Origin: Bacteroidota bacterium
Lineage (GTDB): Bacteria; Bacteroidota; Bacteroidia; M30B66
Reading direction: 5' to 3'
Assembly (NCBI GenBank): GCA_027483445.1
Contig: JAIXUS010000005.1
Location: forward strand, 140,927 to 204,926
Length of the DNA: 64,000 nucleotides
Shown: positions 49,918 through 59,802 of the stretch, one piece after another
Position numbering within the stretch: position 1 is the stretch's first letter
How the letters are laid out: each line of letters begins with the position of its first letter
Notes under the pieces: generated by a model
Database searches by the model: none
Told to the model about the DNA's origin: nothing
The model's input: only the letters and a program-made list of their open reading frames with translations
Position numbers and translations under genes: made by a program

Positions 49918-50694
49918 TCAATTGATAAACAAAAACCTGATAAAAAACGCAATGTTGATGAAGTTCAGGTAGGGACTGGCTCTGTTGAGGAAGTTCAGCA
50001 CGTAGTCGTTCCTAGGCTCTACATAAATGATATCATTTCCTTCAACAATGAGGTTAGCTTCGCGCATTCCTTCGATGGTCGAGAGGTCGATGAGATAGAT
50101 TTTCGGGTTTTTTAAGTCGCCCCGGATTAGCTTAATTCTATTGGACTTCCCGTTCATTGGAATACCACCGGCTGAGGCCAGTACTTCCAATAGATTCATG
50201 TTGTTATTGGCAAGCGGAACCACTCTGGCAGTTCCACTTTCGCCGGGGAACAGAATCACACGTTTGTTACTAATCCGTAAGTTTACATAGGGGTCGACGA
50301 AGTTGGCCGACAAGCGTTGTTCTAAAAGCAATTCGGCTTCACGTATCGTAAGGCCTTGCACTGAGATGCGGCCCAAAACCGGGATTTTAATCGTTCCATC
50401 AAATTCAACAATGGAGTTGATGGGTCTGGCAAAACCGTTTTGCCCCATGGCCATCCCTTGCTGGTCGCCGACGCCTTCCAAAAGCAAGGCACCTTTGTTA
50501 GGGAAAATCTGAATTTCGAGATTGTCGTTCAACCCAATTTTATACTCCCTGTTGTCCGGAATTTTTTGGACATCATCATACACAAAATCCTTCTTTGTTC
50601 TTAGCATCAGGGCCCGGTTCTGACAAGATGGCAAGACTAAAAACAAGCTTGCTACTAGAATCAAGTATCGGGTGGCAATTTGCAGACTACGCAT
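49918..50694 (-). CDS. Polysaccharide export outer-membrane protein (Wza family: Poly_export + SLBB)
   Basis: Lipoprotein signal (LPSC). Poly_export domain block YKIGLNDNLEIQIF and SLBB-like C-terminus. Translationally coupled to wzc. Confidence 0.8.
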   Translation of the reverse strand: MRSLQIATRYLILVASLFLVLPSCQNRALMLRTKKDFVYDDVQKIPDNREYKIGLNDNLEIQIFPNKGALLLEGVGDQQGMAMGQNGFARPINSIVEFDGTIKIPVLGRISVQGLTIREAELLLEQRLSANFVDPYVNLRISNKRVILFPGESGTARVVPLANNNMNLLEVLASAGGIPMNGKSNRIKLIRGDLKNPKIYLIDLSTIEGMREANLIVEGNDIIYVEPRNDYVLNFLNRASPYLNFINIAFFIRFLFIN

Positions 50695-50859
50695 AGAAGC
50701 GCAAAACTAAAAAAATAAACGAGGAATGCATAGCGAATACAAATCCAAACATGGCCTCGGGCCTCAGATACTATCGACGCCGGAAAGGCTCGTGTTGTAT
50801 GGGCACGCGTTAAGGTAGTTTCAGGATTATTTTTTGGCCGCTTTGGTATTTACAAAAGG

Positions 50860-52068
50860 CTAAAACGGCCCCCTTTTGTGTTGTTCCAAAAGCTCATCAT
50901 ACAACTCTGTCATATCGCGGATAAGTCGGGTGAAGTGAAATTTGTTTTTCACATGTTCCCAGCCCATCATGCTCAACGACTTTCGCTTTTCGGCATTTTC
51001 GGTGAGTTGCAAAAGTAAATCAGCAAATTGCCTCTCGTCGGTTTTTGAATGACAAAGTAAGGCCGTAACTCCTTCTACAACAACGTTTTCTATTCCTCCA
51101 ACATTCGTAGTTACAATTGGAGTATTTGAGGCCTGTGCTTCAATGAGGCTTACCGGAGTGCCTTCATTCAAAGAAGTAAGTGCAATAATGTCGAGCCCTG
51201 CGCAAGCCACATCAATTTCTTTCATCCACGAAGTGAAGGTAAGCGGAGTTTTGATTTGCTCTTTTAACGAATCAGAAAACACCAAGCCTTCGTCGCGCGC
51301 CTGCTCCTCGATTTTTAAACGATCCTCGCCATCCCCAATAATAAAAAAACGAACCTTGAATTGTGTTTTCTCCAGCACAATGCGAGCGGCCTTCAAAAAC
51401 AAGATGTGATTTTTGATGGGCACAAGGCGACCTATAATGCCAATGGCAATCTCATCGTCATCTAACAAATATTTGCTTCTAAAAAGGCGCCGCTTCTCAT
51501 CCATATTTTCGGTGAAGCGACTAAGGTCAAAGCCAAGAGGTACTACTCTGATTTTATCCGGTTTACAAATGCGGTGCACCAAACAAAGCTCTGTTTTTTG
51601 TTTTTCGCTAATCGCGATGATGGCCGTGCTCTTTCGCGCAAGATTTCGCTCTATATTCTTGTACATCACCGTCTTCACCTTTCCGAAGTAAGAATGAAAA
51701 ACGTGTCCATGAAAGGTATGGATTACCACAGGAACTTTCATGTTATCGGCAGCCAAACGGCCAATCGTTCCGGCTTTCGAGGCATGCGTGTGTACAATGT
51801 CAGGCTTGAAATCCTTAATCAGCTGCACCACTTTTCTGTATGCTTCGTAGTCGTTTCGCAAATCAATTTCCCGCTTCATTTCGGGAATGATCAGAGGCTC
51901 TAAACCTATGTTTTGCAAAATAAACTCGGAGCTGTCTTCCGTCTCATCTTTTTCACCACCTACCAGAAGTGTTTCGTAACCCGGTGGCATGTATCTCGAC
52001 AGATAGGCGGCATTGTAAGTGGGACCACCCAGATTAAAACGGTTGATAATTCTCAGAATCCGGGGCAT
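50860..52068 (-). CDS. Glycosyltransferase family 4 (GT-B fold, retaining)
   Basis: The GT4 C-terminal domain has the GRLVPIKN block and the E-x7-E region (LNEGTPVSLIEAQASNTPIVTT). 402 aa. Confidence 0.75.
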   Translation of the reverse strand: MPRILRIINRFNLGGPTYNAAYLSRYMPPGYETLLVGGEKDETEDSSEFILQNIGLEPLIIPEMKREIDLRNDYEAYRKVVQLIKDFKPDIVHTHASKAGTIGRLAADNMKVPVVIHTFHGHVFHSYFGKVKTVMYKNIERNLARKSTAIIAISEKQKTELCLVHRICKPDKIRVVPLGFDLSRFTENMDEKRRLFRSKYLLDDDEIAIGIIGRLVPIKNHILFLKAARIVLEKTQFKVRFFIIGDGEDRLKIEEQARDEGLVFSDSLKEQIKTPLTFTSWMKEIDVACAGLDIIALTSLNEGTPVSLIEAQASNTPIVTTNVGGIENVVVEGVTALLCHSKTDERQFADLLLQLTENAEKRKSLSMMGWEHVKNKFHFTRLIRDMTELYDELLEQHKRGPF

Positions 52069-52098
52069 TCGGCTACAATTTCAACTCCGTAAATGTAC

Positions 52099-53982
52099 TC
52101 ATTTCATCCATTTTCGATACCAGTTTTGAAACACGATCAAGGCCCAAATCTTGGCGGTACTGTCGCCCGGGTCGTTCGAAAACAATGCAAATTTCAGCGC
52201 TTCTACAGCTTCTGGATTAAACAACCCTTGCTGCTTTAAATAACCAGGCTCGAGCAAATCGTCGAAAATCCATGCTTTTAAATCGCCCCGAAACCAATTC
52301 AGGAGCGGTACTTCAAAGCCTTGCTTGGGTCGGTTGTATAGTTCGGGAGGAAGTAAATGCCTAAACGTATCCTGCACGATTCGCTTTCGCCCTTTGCCGC
52401 TCACCTTGTAATCGGCTGGAAGGCCCGCTGCAAAATCAACTACTTCGACATCCAAAAAGGGATTTCGCACTTCGAGCGAACGAGCCATCGACATTAAATC
52501 GACCTTCGTGAGCATATCGCCCGGCAAAACCAAATGCATGTCGTTGAGCAAGACTTCATTCATGTCGCCGGTTTTACCTATAAATCGGGTAAACTGATGG
52601 CGACGGCTTCTGGCCTCGTTTTCATTGAGTGAAAAGGCAACAATCGACTGCAGATAAGCGTCATCGGCATAGCCACACCACTTCCAGTAACGGTCGGTTG
52701 CCGACAACTGTCTGCCTTTCGCGAATTTATCCAGCTTACGAAACAGGTTTCCATACGCAGAGTTGCGCGATTTCGGCAAGGCTCTCCAAAGCGGAGCCAG
52801 CAAGCTCACCACTTCAGCCTTCACACCACCGTTTCGCAACTTCCACTCGCCCAAATGTTTCATGTAGCCCCCGAAAAGTTCATCGGCGCCATCACCCGAC
52901 AGGGCCACAGTAGCCTGCTTTCTCGTTTCCTTGCAAAGAATGTTTACGGCAAGTGCTGAAGAATCGGCGAAGGGCTCATCGATATAGTCGAGCATTTCCT
53001 GCAAGTGATCGAATAAATCTTTGTTGCTCAAGCTAAACACCGTGTGCTTTGTGCCGTATTTTTTGGCGACCAGTTGGGCGTAGTAAGTCTCATCAAACAG
53101 AGGTTCATCTTTATAACCGATCGAAAAGGTGTGAAGCCCGCTTCGGTGTTGTGCAGCCAAAGCCGTAACCACCGACGAATCTATTCCACCGGAAAGAAAA
53201 CTTCCGAGCGGAACGTCGGAGATGAGTCTTCGTTCGACGGCTCTGTTTAAGGTTTCCAAAAGTTGCTTTTGGGCGCTTTCATAATTTGGAACCGGTTCGA
53301 TGGCCCGATCTGAAATTTGGTACCACGACCGCCGTTCGATGCCCTTTTTGGTGACCTTCATCCAATGTCCGGGCTCCAGTTTTTCAACACTTTTGAAAAT
53401 GCTGAAAGGGCCGGGAATATAGTTCAGGTGCAAGTAATGAAAGAGCGAGGTAGTATCGATTTGGCGTACAACAGGGTAGGCGAGGAGGGCCTTCATTTCT
53501 GAGGCGAAGCAGAAAGCCTCCGCTGATGCGCTAAACAACAAGGGCTTCACTCCATAGCGGTCGCGTGCCAGCAGAAGCGTTTCGTTTTGTTGGTCCCAAA
53601 AAGCAAAGGCGAAAAACCCATTGATTTTGGGTAAGCAGGCTTCTCCTTCACGAATAAGCAGGTGAAGCAAAACCTCTGTATCGCTCGTTGACCGAAACTG
53701 AATTCCCTCTTGTTGAAGTTGATCCCGATAGCTTTGGAAGTTGAAAAACTCGCCATTGAACACGAGGGTATATCGCCCTGATTCGTCGGTAAATGGCTGC
53801 GCTCCATTGTTGCTTACATCGATGATGGAAAGCCGCGCATGGCCCAATGCAATGTTGTTGTGGTGAAAAACGCCACTACCGTCGGGACCTCTTAAGGCCA
53901 ATGCACGAACCGCATCTGCACAACGTTCTGTAAACGCTGCGCCAGATGCGGTAAATGCAAATGCTCCGGTTATTCCACACAT
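52099..53982 (-). CDS. Asparagine synthase (glutamine-hydrolysing) AsnB-family protein, typical of polysaccharide loci
   Basis: N-terminal MCGITG (Ntn Cys2) class-II glutamine amidotransferase domain. PP-loop block SGGIDSS in the C-terminal synthetase domain. Confidence 0.85.
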   Translation of the reverse strand: MCGITGAFAFTASGAAFTERCADAVRALALRGPDGSGVFHHNNIALGHARLSIIDVSNNGAQPFTDESGRYTLVFNGEFFNFQSYRDQLQQEGIQFRSTSDTEVLLHLLIREGEACLPKINGFFAFAFWDQQNETLLLARDRYGVKPLLFSASAEAFCFASEMKALLAYPVVRQIDTTSLFHYLHLNYIPGPFSIFKSVEKLEPGHWMKVTKKGIERRSWYQISDRAIEPVPNYESAQKQLLETLNRAVERRLISDVPLGSFLSGGIDSSVVTALAAQHRSGLHTFSIGYKDEPLFDETYYAQLVAKKYGTKHTVFSLSNKDLFDHLQEMLDYIDEPFADSSALAVNILCKETRKQATVALSGDGADELFGGYMKHLGEWKLRNGGVKAEVVSLLAPLWRALPKSRNSAYGNLFRKLDKFAKGRQLSATDRYWKWCGYADDAYLQSIVAFSLNENEARSRRHQFTRFIGKTGDMNEVLLNDMHLVLPGDMLTKVDLMSMARSLEVRNPFLDVEVVDFAAGLPADYKVSGKGRKRIVQDTFRHLLPPELYNRPKQGFEVPLLNWFRGDLKAWIFDDLLEPGYLKQQGLFNPEAVEALKFALFSNDPGDSTAKIWALIVFQNWYRKWMK

Positions 53983-53998
53983 GGGCGGGAGCGAGAAA

Positions 53999-55387
53999 TC
54001 AAAGATGAATTACTTCGCCATAAGCCGCCGCTGCTGCTTCCATAATCGCTTCCGACATGGTTGGGTGCGGGTGAATGGTGCGAATAATTTCGTGACCAGT
54101 AGTTTCAAGTTTTCGGGCGGCAACTGCCTCAGCAATCATTTCAGTTACATTGGCGCCAATCATGTGGCAACCAAGCCATTCGCCGTATTTGGCATCAAAA
54201 ATTACTTTTACAAAGCCATCTTTTGCGCCTGCGGCGGATGCCTTTCCGGAAGCAGAGAAAGGGAATTTTCCAACCTTCACCTCGTAGCCGGCCTCACGCG
54301 CCGCTTTTTCGGTCATGCCAACGGATGCAATTTCAGGACTACAATACGTGCAGCCTGGAATGTTTCCGTAGTTCAGCGGCTCCGGATGATGTCCTGCAAT
54401 TTTTTCGACACAAATGATGCCTTCAGCCGAAGCCACGTGGGCCAGGGCCGGACCGGGAATAACATCACCAATAGCGTAGATGCCCGGAACATTGGTTTGG
54501 TACCATTCGTTCACCGGAACTTTGCCTTTATCGGTCTTTACACCTGCTTCTTCTAAACCAAGGTTTTCAAGGTTGGCTACAACACCCGCTGCGGAAAGCA
54601 CGGTATCACATTCTATTATTTGTTCTCCTTTAGCGGTTTTTACTTTTACCTTCAAGGTTTTACCTGAAGAGTCAACCGATTCAACCGAAGCATTGGTGAG
54701 AATTTCGACGCCTGATTTCTTGAAGCTTTTTTCCAGTTGTTTGCTTACCTCTTCGTCTTCAACCGGTACGATATTGGGCAGGTATTCTACGATGGTTACC
54801 TTCGTTCCGATGGTATTGTAAAAATAGGCGAACTCAACACCAATGGCACCCGAACCAACCACAACCATCGATTTAGGTTGCTCTTGTAGGGTCATCGCTT
54901 CGCGGTAACCAATAATTCGCTTACCATCTTGTTTGAGGTTTGGTAGCTCACGACTGCGGGCTCCTGTGGCAATAAGAATGCTCTTAGCCGTATACGTTGT
55001 TGTTTTCCCATCGGCCGCTTTTACTTCCACCTTTTTGTCGCGGGTGATTTTTCCGTGGCCATTGATGATTTCGATTTTATTCTTTTTGAAAAGGAACTGA
55101 ATGCCTTTGCTCATGCCATCAGCAACGCCACGGCTTCTCTTTACCATAGCACCGAAATCGGCTTCAGATTTTTCAACCTTGATGCCGTAATCGGCCGCAT
55201 GTTGCATGTACTCAAATACGTTGGCGCTTTTTAACAATGCCTTTGTTGGGATACAGCCCCAATTCAGGCAAATTCCGCCCAGCTCTTCCCGTTCAACAAC
55301 GGCTACCTTCATGCCCAACTGAGAAGCGCGTATAGCAGCCACATACCCTCCGGGACCGCTGCCAATAACAATGAGATCGTAATTCAT
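53999..55387 (-). CDS. lpdA: Dihydrolipoyl dehydrogenase
   Basis: MNYDLIVIGSGPGGYVAAIRA, the redox-active disulfide GGICLNWGCIPTK, and the C-terminal interface HPHPTMSE block. Confidence 0.9.
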   Translation of the reverse strand: MNYDLIVIGSGPGGYVAAIRASQLGMKVAVVEREELGGICLNWGCIPTKALLKSANVFEYMQHAADYGIKVEKSEADFGAMVKRSRGVADGMSKGIQFLFKKNKIEIINGHGKITRDKKVEVKAADGKTTTYTAKSILIATGARSRELPNLKQDGKRIIGYREAMTLQEQPKSMVVVGSGAIGVEFAYFYNTIGTKVTIVEYLPNIVPVEDEEVSKQLEKSFKKSGVEILTNASVESVDSSGKTLKVKVKTAKGEQIIECDTVLSAAGVVANLENLGLEEAGVKTDKGKVPVNEWYQTNVPGIYAIGDVIPGPALAHVASAEGIICVEKIAGHHPEPLNYGNIPGCTYCSPEIASVGMTEKAAREAGYEVKVGKFPFSASGKASAAGAKDGFVKVIFDAKYGEWLGCHMIGANVTEMIAEAVAARKLETTGHEIIRTIHPHPTMSEAIMEAAAAAYGEVIHL

Positions 55388-55434
55388 GGATGTTTTTTAA
55401 ACGTTGCGAAATTAGTGAATCAACCGATATGGCA

Positions 55435-56352
55435 TCAGGCCTCCTGCTCTGCAAGCTGTTTTCCGTTGGGAGAGAATCGGCGCGACCTTAAATTGTAGTG
55501 ATTTCCTTTGGCCATCACATGAACAATAAGATGCTCAATCGAGATTGGCTGTCCGTCGTTAACCTCTGCAATATTTGAATGGCGAATCGAGTGCCCATCA
55601 AAAATAATTACCAGTCCCGAACCAATGGCCTCAAGCTTATGTCCATGTTCTACCAAAACTCCGGTATCTTCCCCTAAACCAATTCCAATACAGCCAGGGT
55701 TTGCAGTAACGGCCTGGGCAAGGCGTCCGAACCGTCCTCTTTTTACAAAATGGGAGTCGATAATTACATTGTGCAGAAAGCCTAATCCTGTGGTAATCTT
55801 CACTTTGCCTTTAAAAAAGGCTTCTTCGCCGGCGCCCTCGTAAATCATGGTGTTCGACATGGCCATGGCTCCGGCTGAGGTTCCGGCAATCACAAAACGC
55901 TCATTTTGATAGCGTTCATGTAAAACCTGCAGAAATTCTGTTCCGCCAAAAATCATGGAAAGGCGCATTTGATTTCCGCCGGTGAACATCACGCCATCAG
56001 CCAGCTTAATTCGCTCGGTATATTCGGGCATTAATGCGTCTTCGCGGTTTTTTATGTGAATCACATTTACATTTCGGCAGTTTAGCCGTTGAAAGGCATC
56101 TACATAGTTTTGCCCAACCTCTTCGGGAATTTCAGAAGCAGTGGTAATGACTTCTACCCGGCTTTGATCTCCTTTCATTTCCGAAAGTATGCGTTTAAGA
56201 ATGCCATCTTCAAAAAAAGAGAGCTTATTGGGCGTGTTATAGTCGGGCTCGTTGGCTGTTCCTTTATCAACATTACCTCCAATGGAAATCAGAATGCCTT
56301 TAGGTTCCTTCATGGGTTTAAGTCTTTCTGCTGCAAAAGTAGACCTTCGCAA
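55435..56352 (-). CDS. cphB: Cyanophycinase (peptidase S51, CphB)
   Basis: Blocks GILISIGGNVDKG and GTSAGAMAMS (Ser nucleophile), ~290 aa. Divergent from cphA. The true start may be the internal Met (MKEPKG) at 56313. Confidence 0.8.
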   Translation of the reverse strand: MRRSTFAAERLKPMKEPKGILISIGGNVDKGTANEPDYNTPNKLSFFEDGILKRILSEMKGDQSRVEVITTASEIPEEVGQNYVDAFQRLNCRNVNVIHIKNREDALMPEYTERIKLADGVMFTGGNQMRLSMIFGGTEFLQVLHERYQNERFVIAGTSAGAMAMSNTMIYEGAGEEAFFKGKVKITTGLGFLHNVIIDSHFVKRGRFGRLAQAVTANPGCIGIGLGEDTGVLVEHGHKLEAIGSGLVIIFDGHSIRHSNIAEVNDGQPISIEHLIVHVMAKGNHYNLRSRRFSPNGKQLAEQEA

Positions 56353-56463
56353 CGATGTTGCAGCTGTGATTGAATTGGGATTTCAACAATCTTTTTAGCA
56401 GTATTTCTTTTTGTAGATATAGGTTAATTCACCTATTTTCGGCGAAACTCATCTTCCTAGCGC

Positions 56464-59109
56464 ATGAAAATTCTTGAAATACGGGCCATGAGAGGGCCCA
56501 ATTACTGGTCAATCCGTCGTCATAAACTTATTGTGATGAAGTTGGATATCGGTGAATATGAAGAGTTACCTACCAATAAAATAGATGGATTCTCTGCCCG
56601 ACTCGAGTCCCTTTTTCCTTCTATGTATGAGCACCGTTGTTCGGAGGAACGGCCGGGTGGATTTTTTCACCGCGTAAAGGAAGGTACTTGGATGGGACAT
56701 GTCATCGAACACATTGCGCTGGAAATTCAAACCCTTGCGGGGATGGATGTAGGCTTTGGCCGCACTCGCGGTAACGGCGAGCATGGCGTATATAATGTTG
56801 TGTTTGCCTACATGGAAGAGAAGGCCGGAATATATACAGCGAAGGCATCTGTGCGTATTGCTGAGGCTTTAGCCAAAGGGGAAAGCTATGATTTAGAGGC
56901 CGACATTCAAACATTGCGAGAAATACGCGAAGATGAGCGATTGGGGCCATCTACAGGGTCCATCGTTGAAGAGGCTCAAAACCGGAATATTCCGTGGATT
57001 CGCCTCAACCGACATTCGCTGGTTCAGCTTGGTTATGGCGTAAATCAGAAACGAATTCAGGCAACAGTAGCATCGACAACCTCAAATATAGCGGTGGAGA
57101 TTGCTTGTGATAAAGAGGAAACCAAGAATATTCTTGATGCAGCCGGAATTCCTGTACCTAAAGGATACATTGTTTATGATGAGGAAGATTTAGAAGATGC
57201 CGTTTCCCGCATTGGTTATCCAATCGTACTGAAGCCTGTGAATGGTAATCACGGACGTGGTGCAACCATTAACATCCAAAATTGGGAAGATGCCAAAGTC
57301 GCGCTACTAGCAGCTAAACGTGTTTCGCGGGGTGTGATTTGTGAGCGCTTTATTACCGGCTTCGATTTTCGTCTGTTGGTGATTAACTACAAACTTGTCG
57401 CTGCAGCTAAACGAACACCCGCCTGCGTTACCGGCGACGGGAAGCATACCATTCAGCAGCTCATCGACGAAGTGAATAAAGACCCACGGCGCGGTTACGG
57501 TCACGAAAAAGTGCTTACCGCTATCAAGGTCGACGAGATGACCTTGAACATCCTTCGCGATAAAGGTTTGGAATTGAGTGATGTATTGCCAGCCGGCGAA
57601 ACCCTTTATCTAAAATCCACCGCAAACCTCAGTACAGGCGGAACTGCTACCGATATTACCGACCTCGTCCATCCTTACAATGTTTTCATGGCCGAACGGA
57701 TTGCCCGGGTCGTGGGTCTTGATATATGTGGCATCGACATTATGGCTCCCGACCTCACCACCTCTATTCGTGAAAATGGAGGGGCCATTCTGGAAGTAAA
57801 CGCAGCACCGGGCTTTCGTATGCATATTGCCCCAACCGATGGCCTGCCACGAAACGTAGCCGAACCGGTAATCGACATGCTTTTCCCGCCCGGAACCTCT
57901 GCACGCATTCCGATTATTGCTGTTACCGGAACTAACGGTAAAACAACCACCACAAGGCTCACCGCGCACATGGTAAAGACCATGGGGTACAAAGTAGGCT
58001 TTACTACCACCGACGGTATTTATATCCAAAACCGCATGTTGCAAAGCGGCGACTGCACCGGTCCGGTAAGCGCTGAGTTTGTGCTGAAAGACCCAACGGT
58101 CGACTTTGCCGTATTAGAAACTGCCCGGGGTGGAATTCTTCGTTCAGGATTAGGCTACAGTCAATGCGACATTGCCATCGTTACTAATGTAGCCGCCGAC
58201 CATCTTGGATTAAAAGGGATTAACTCACTTGAGGAAATGGCCAAGCTAAAAGCTGTTGTGCCGGAAAGCGTGCAACCAACAGGTTATGCCATCCTAAATG
58301 CCGATGATGATTTGGTGTATGCCATGCGGAAAAACCTCAAGTGCAACATTGCCTTGTTTAGTTTAGATGAGAACAACCCTCGCATTCTTCGCCACATTAA
58401 TGAAGGCGGACTGGCAACCATCGTAGAAAATGGCTACGTAACCATTTGTAAAGGCACATGGAAAATACGGGTCGATAAGGTGGTGAGCATTCCGTTAACC
58501 TTCTCGGGCAAAGCGGTATTCAATATTCAAAATGTGTTACCGGTTGTGATGGCCGGGTTCATTCGGGGATTCAAGATTGAAGACATGCGACTTGCGCTGG
58601 AAACCTTCATTCCTTCGCCAACCCAAACTCCGGGTCGTATGAACATGTTCCAGTTCCGACGCTTTAATGTGATGGTCGATTATGCCCACAATACCGCAGG
58701 ATTCCAGGCGATTGCCAAGTTCCTCGAGAAAATTGAGGCGAGCCCTAAAGTTGGAATTATCGCCGGAGTTGGAGATCGCCGCGATGAAGACATTGTAAGT
58801 CTGGGTAGAGTAGCCGCTCAGATGTTCGATGAAATCATTATTCGTCAAGATAAAAACCTTCGAGGGCGTACCGAACAAGAGATTATCGATCTCATGCTCA
58901 GTGGTATCAATGCTGTTTCACCCGGTAAACGGGTGGATGTCATCCCGACCGAACGCGAAGCTATCGACAAGGCCATCGGCGAGGCCGTTCCAGGCTCATT
59001 CATTGTTATCTGCAGTGATGTGGTGCCTGATGCCCTCGATCAAATTATGCGTTACAAAGAGGAGGAGGACAAGTTTCAGCTCGATCCTGCGGACATTCCC
59101 AATCGTTAA
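56464..59109 (+). CDS. cphA: Cyanophycin synthetase (CphA)
   Basis: By my recollection the N-terminus MKILEIRAMRGPNYWSIRRHKLIVMKLDIGEYEE and many downstream blocks (ATP-grasp, Mur-ligase-like GTNGKTTTTRL, TPGRMNMF) align closely with cyanobacterial CphA. 881 aa. Confidence 0.9.
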   Translation: MKILEIRAMRGPNYWSIRRHKLIVMKLDIGEYEELPTNKIDGFSARLESLFPSMYEHRCSEERPGGFFHRVKEGTWMGHVIEHIALEIQTLAGMDVGFGRTRGNGEHGVYNVVFAYMEEKAGIYTAKASVRIAEALAKGESYDLEADIQTLREIREDERLGPSTGSIVEEAQNRNIPWIRLNRHSLVQLGYGVNQKRIQATVASTTSNIAVEIACDKEETKNILDAAGIPVPKGYIVYDEEDLEDAVSRIGYPIVLKPVNGNHGRGATINIQNWEDAKVALLAAKRVSRGVICERFITGFDFRLLVINYKLVAAAKRTPACVTGDGKHTIQQLIDEVNKDPRRGYGHEKVLTAIKVDEMTLNILRDKGLELSDVLPAGETLYLKSTANLSTGGTATDITDLVHPYNVFMAERIARVVGLDICGIDIMAPDLTTSIRENGGAILEVNAAPGFRMHIAPTDGLPRNVAEPVIDMLFPPGTSARIPIIAVTGTNGKTTTTRLTAHMVKTMGYKVGFTTTDGIYIQNRMLQSGDCTGPVSAEFVLKDPTVDFAVLETARGGILRSGLGYSQCDIAIVTNVAADHLGLKGINSLEEMAKLKAVVPESVQPTGYAILNADDDLVYAMRKNLKCNIALFSLDENNPRILRHINEGGLATIVENGYVTICKGTWKIRVDKVVSIPLTFSGKAVFNIQNVLPVVMAGFIRGFKIEDMRLALETFIPSPTQTPGRMNMFQFRRFNVMVDYAHNTAGFQAIAKFLEKIEASPKVGIIAGVGDRRDEDIVSLGRVAAQMFDEIIIRQDKNLRGRTEQEIIDLMLSGINAVSPGKRVDVIPTEREAIDKAIGEAVPGSFIVICSDVVPDALDQIMRYKEEEDKFQLDPADIPNR

Positions 59110-59127
59110 ATACTTAGTTTTCAAGTT

Positions 59128-59160
59128 TAAAGGGGGGCATTGCTCCCCTTTTTGCATTTT
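59128..59160 (+). terminator. Rho-independent terminator after cphA
   Basis: AAAAGGGG-ggcattgct-CCCCTTTT followed by TGCATTTTT. Confidence 0.7.
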
Positions 59161-59390
59161 TACCCTTGCTTGGGCTGAAACGCTGTGTTGGATCCGAATT
59201 TATGGATGGCAAATTGTCGCAATTCAAGTCAATACCCTCGTTTAGACATGAAAGAAAAATTGACCTATTAAATACCACATTATTAATTGCTTACATAGGG
59301 ATCGAAGGGCTAAGGCCGAGCCGGGGTTCCGGGGTCCACCATCCTCCTCCCCAGTTTCAAGATCGCCAAAAAACCTGAACCGTGCAAGCG

Positions 59391-59411
59391 TTAAACGTTT
59401 ATAAACGTTTA
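59391..59411. repeat. Second copy of the 21-bp element TTAAACGTTTATAAACGTTTA (two 10-bp-phased AAACGTTT palindromes)
   Basis: The 21-mer is identical to 21902-21922. It lies in a 690-bp ORF-free region between convergent genes. Confidence 0.6.
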
Positions 59412-59802
59412 GATATCAACAGATTGGTTGGAAACTATTTGAACAATTCACGAGTTGTATTGTGACCAGGTATTGTAAAATCGTTTGTGTATAGAGATTC
59501 GCGCAGTAGTTTCACACCAAGAATTTTATGGTTTCTGGGTGATTTCGCTTAATGGGCCGGTATTGCTCGAAGTGAATTCGCAGTTTGAGTGCAGGAAAAG
59601 GTCATCCACCCCCGCCTGTAGGAAAACTAAGCGCAGGTTGAGAATATCAAGCGGACTTTAGCGGTAAATCTGATTTATACGCATACGCTTGGCCTTTTGA
59701 GAAGGCGTGAATAGTGATTAGGATTCAGCGCTGAAGGGAATTCAGCTGGGTGTTCAGTGGAATCGCCTGAACTTAATAATGATTGATAACCGAATTCAGC
59801 GA

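Noticed and set aside
59166-59378. 70-aa ORF in the cphA-fkbM intergenic region
   Set aside because: The Pro/Gly/His-rich low-complexity tail (…GSGVHHPPPQFQDRQKT) looks like translation of GC-rich structured RNA or DNA. There is no start context support. The region is treated as non-coding or a possible ncRNA.
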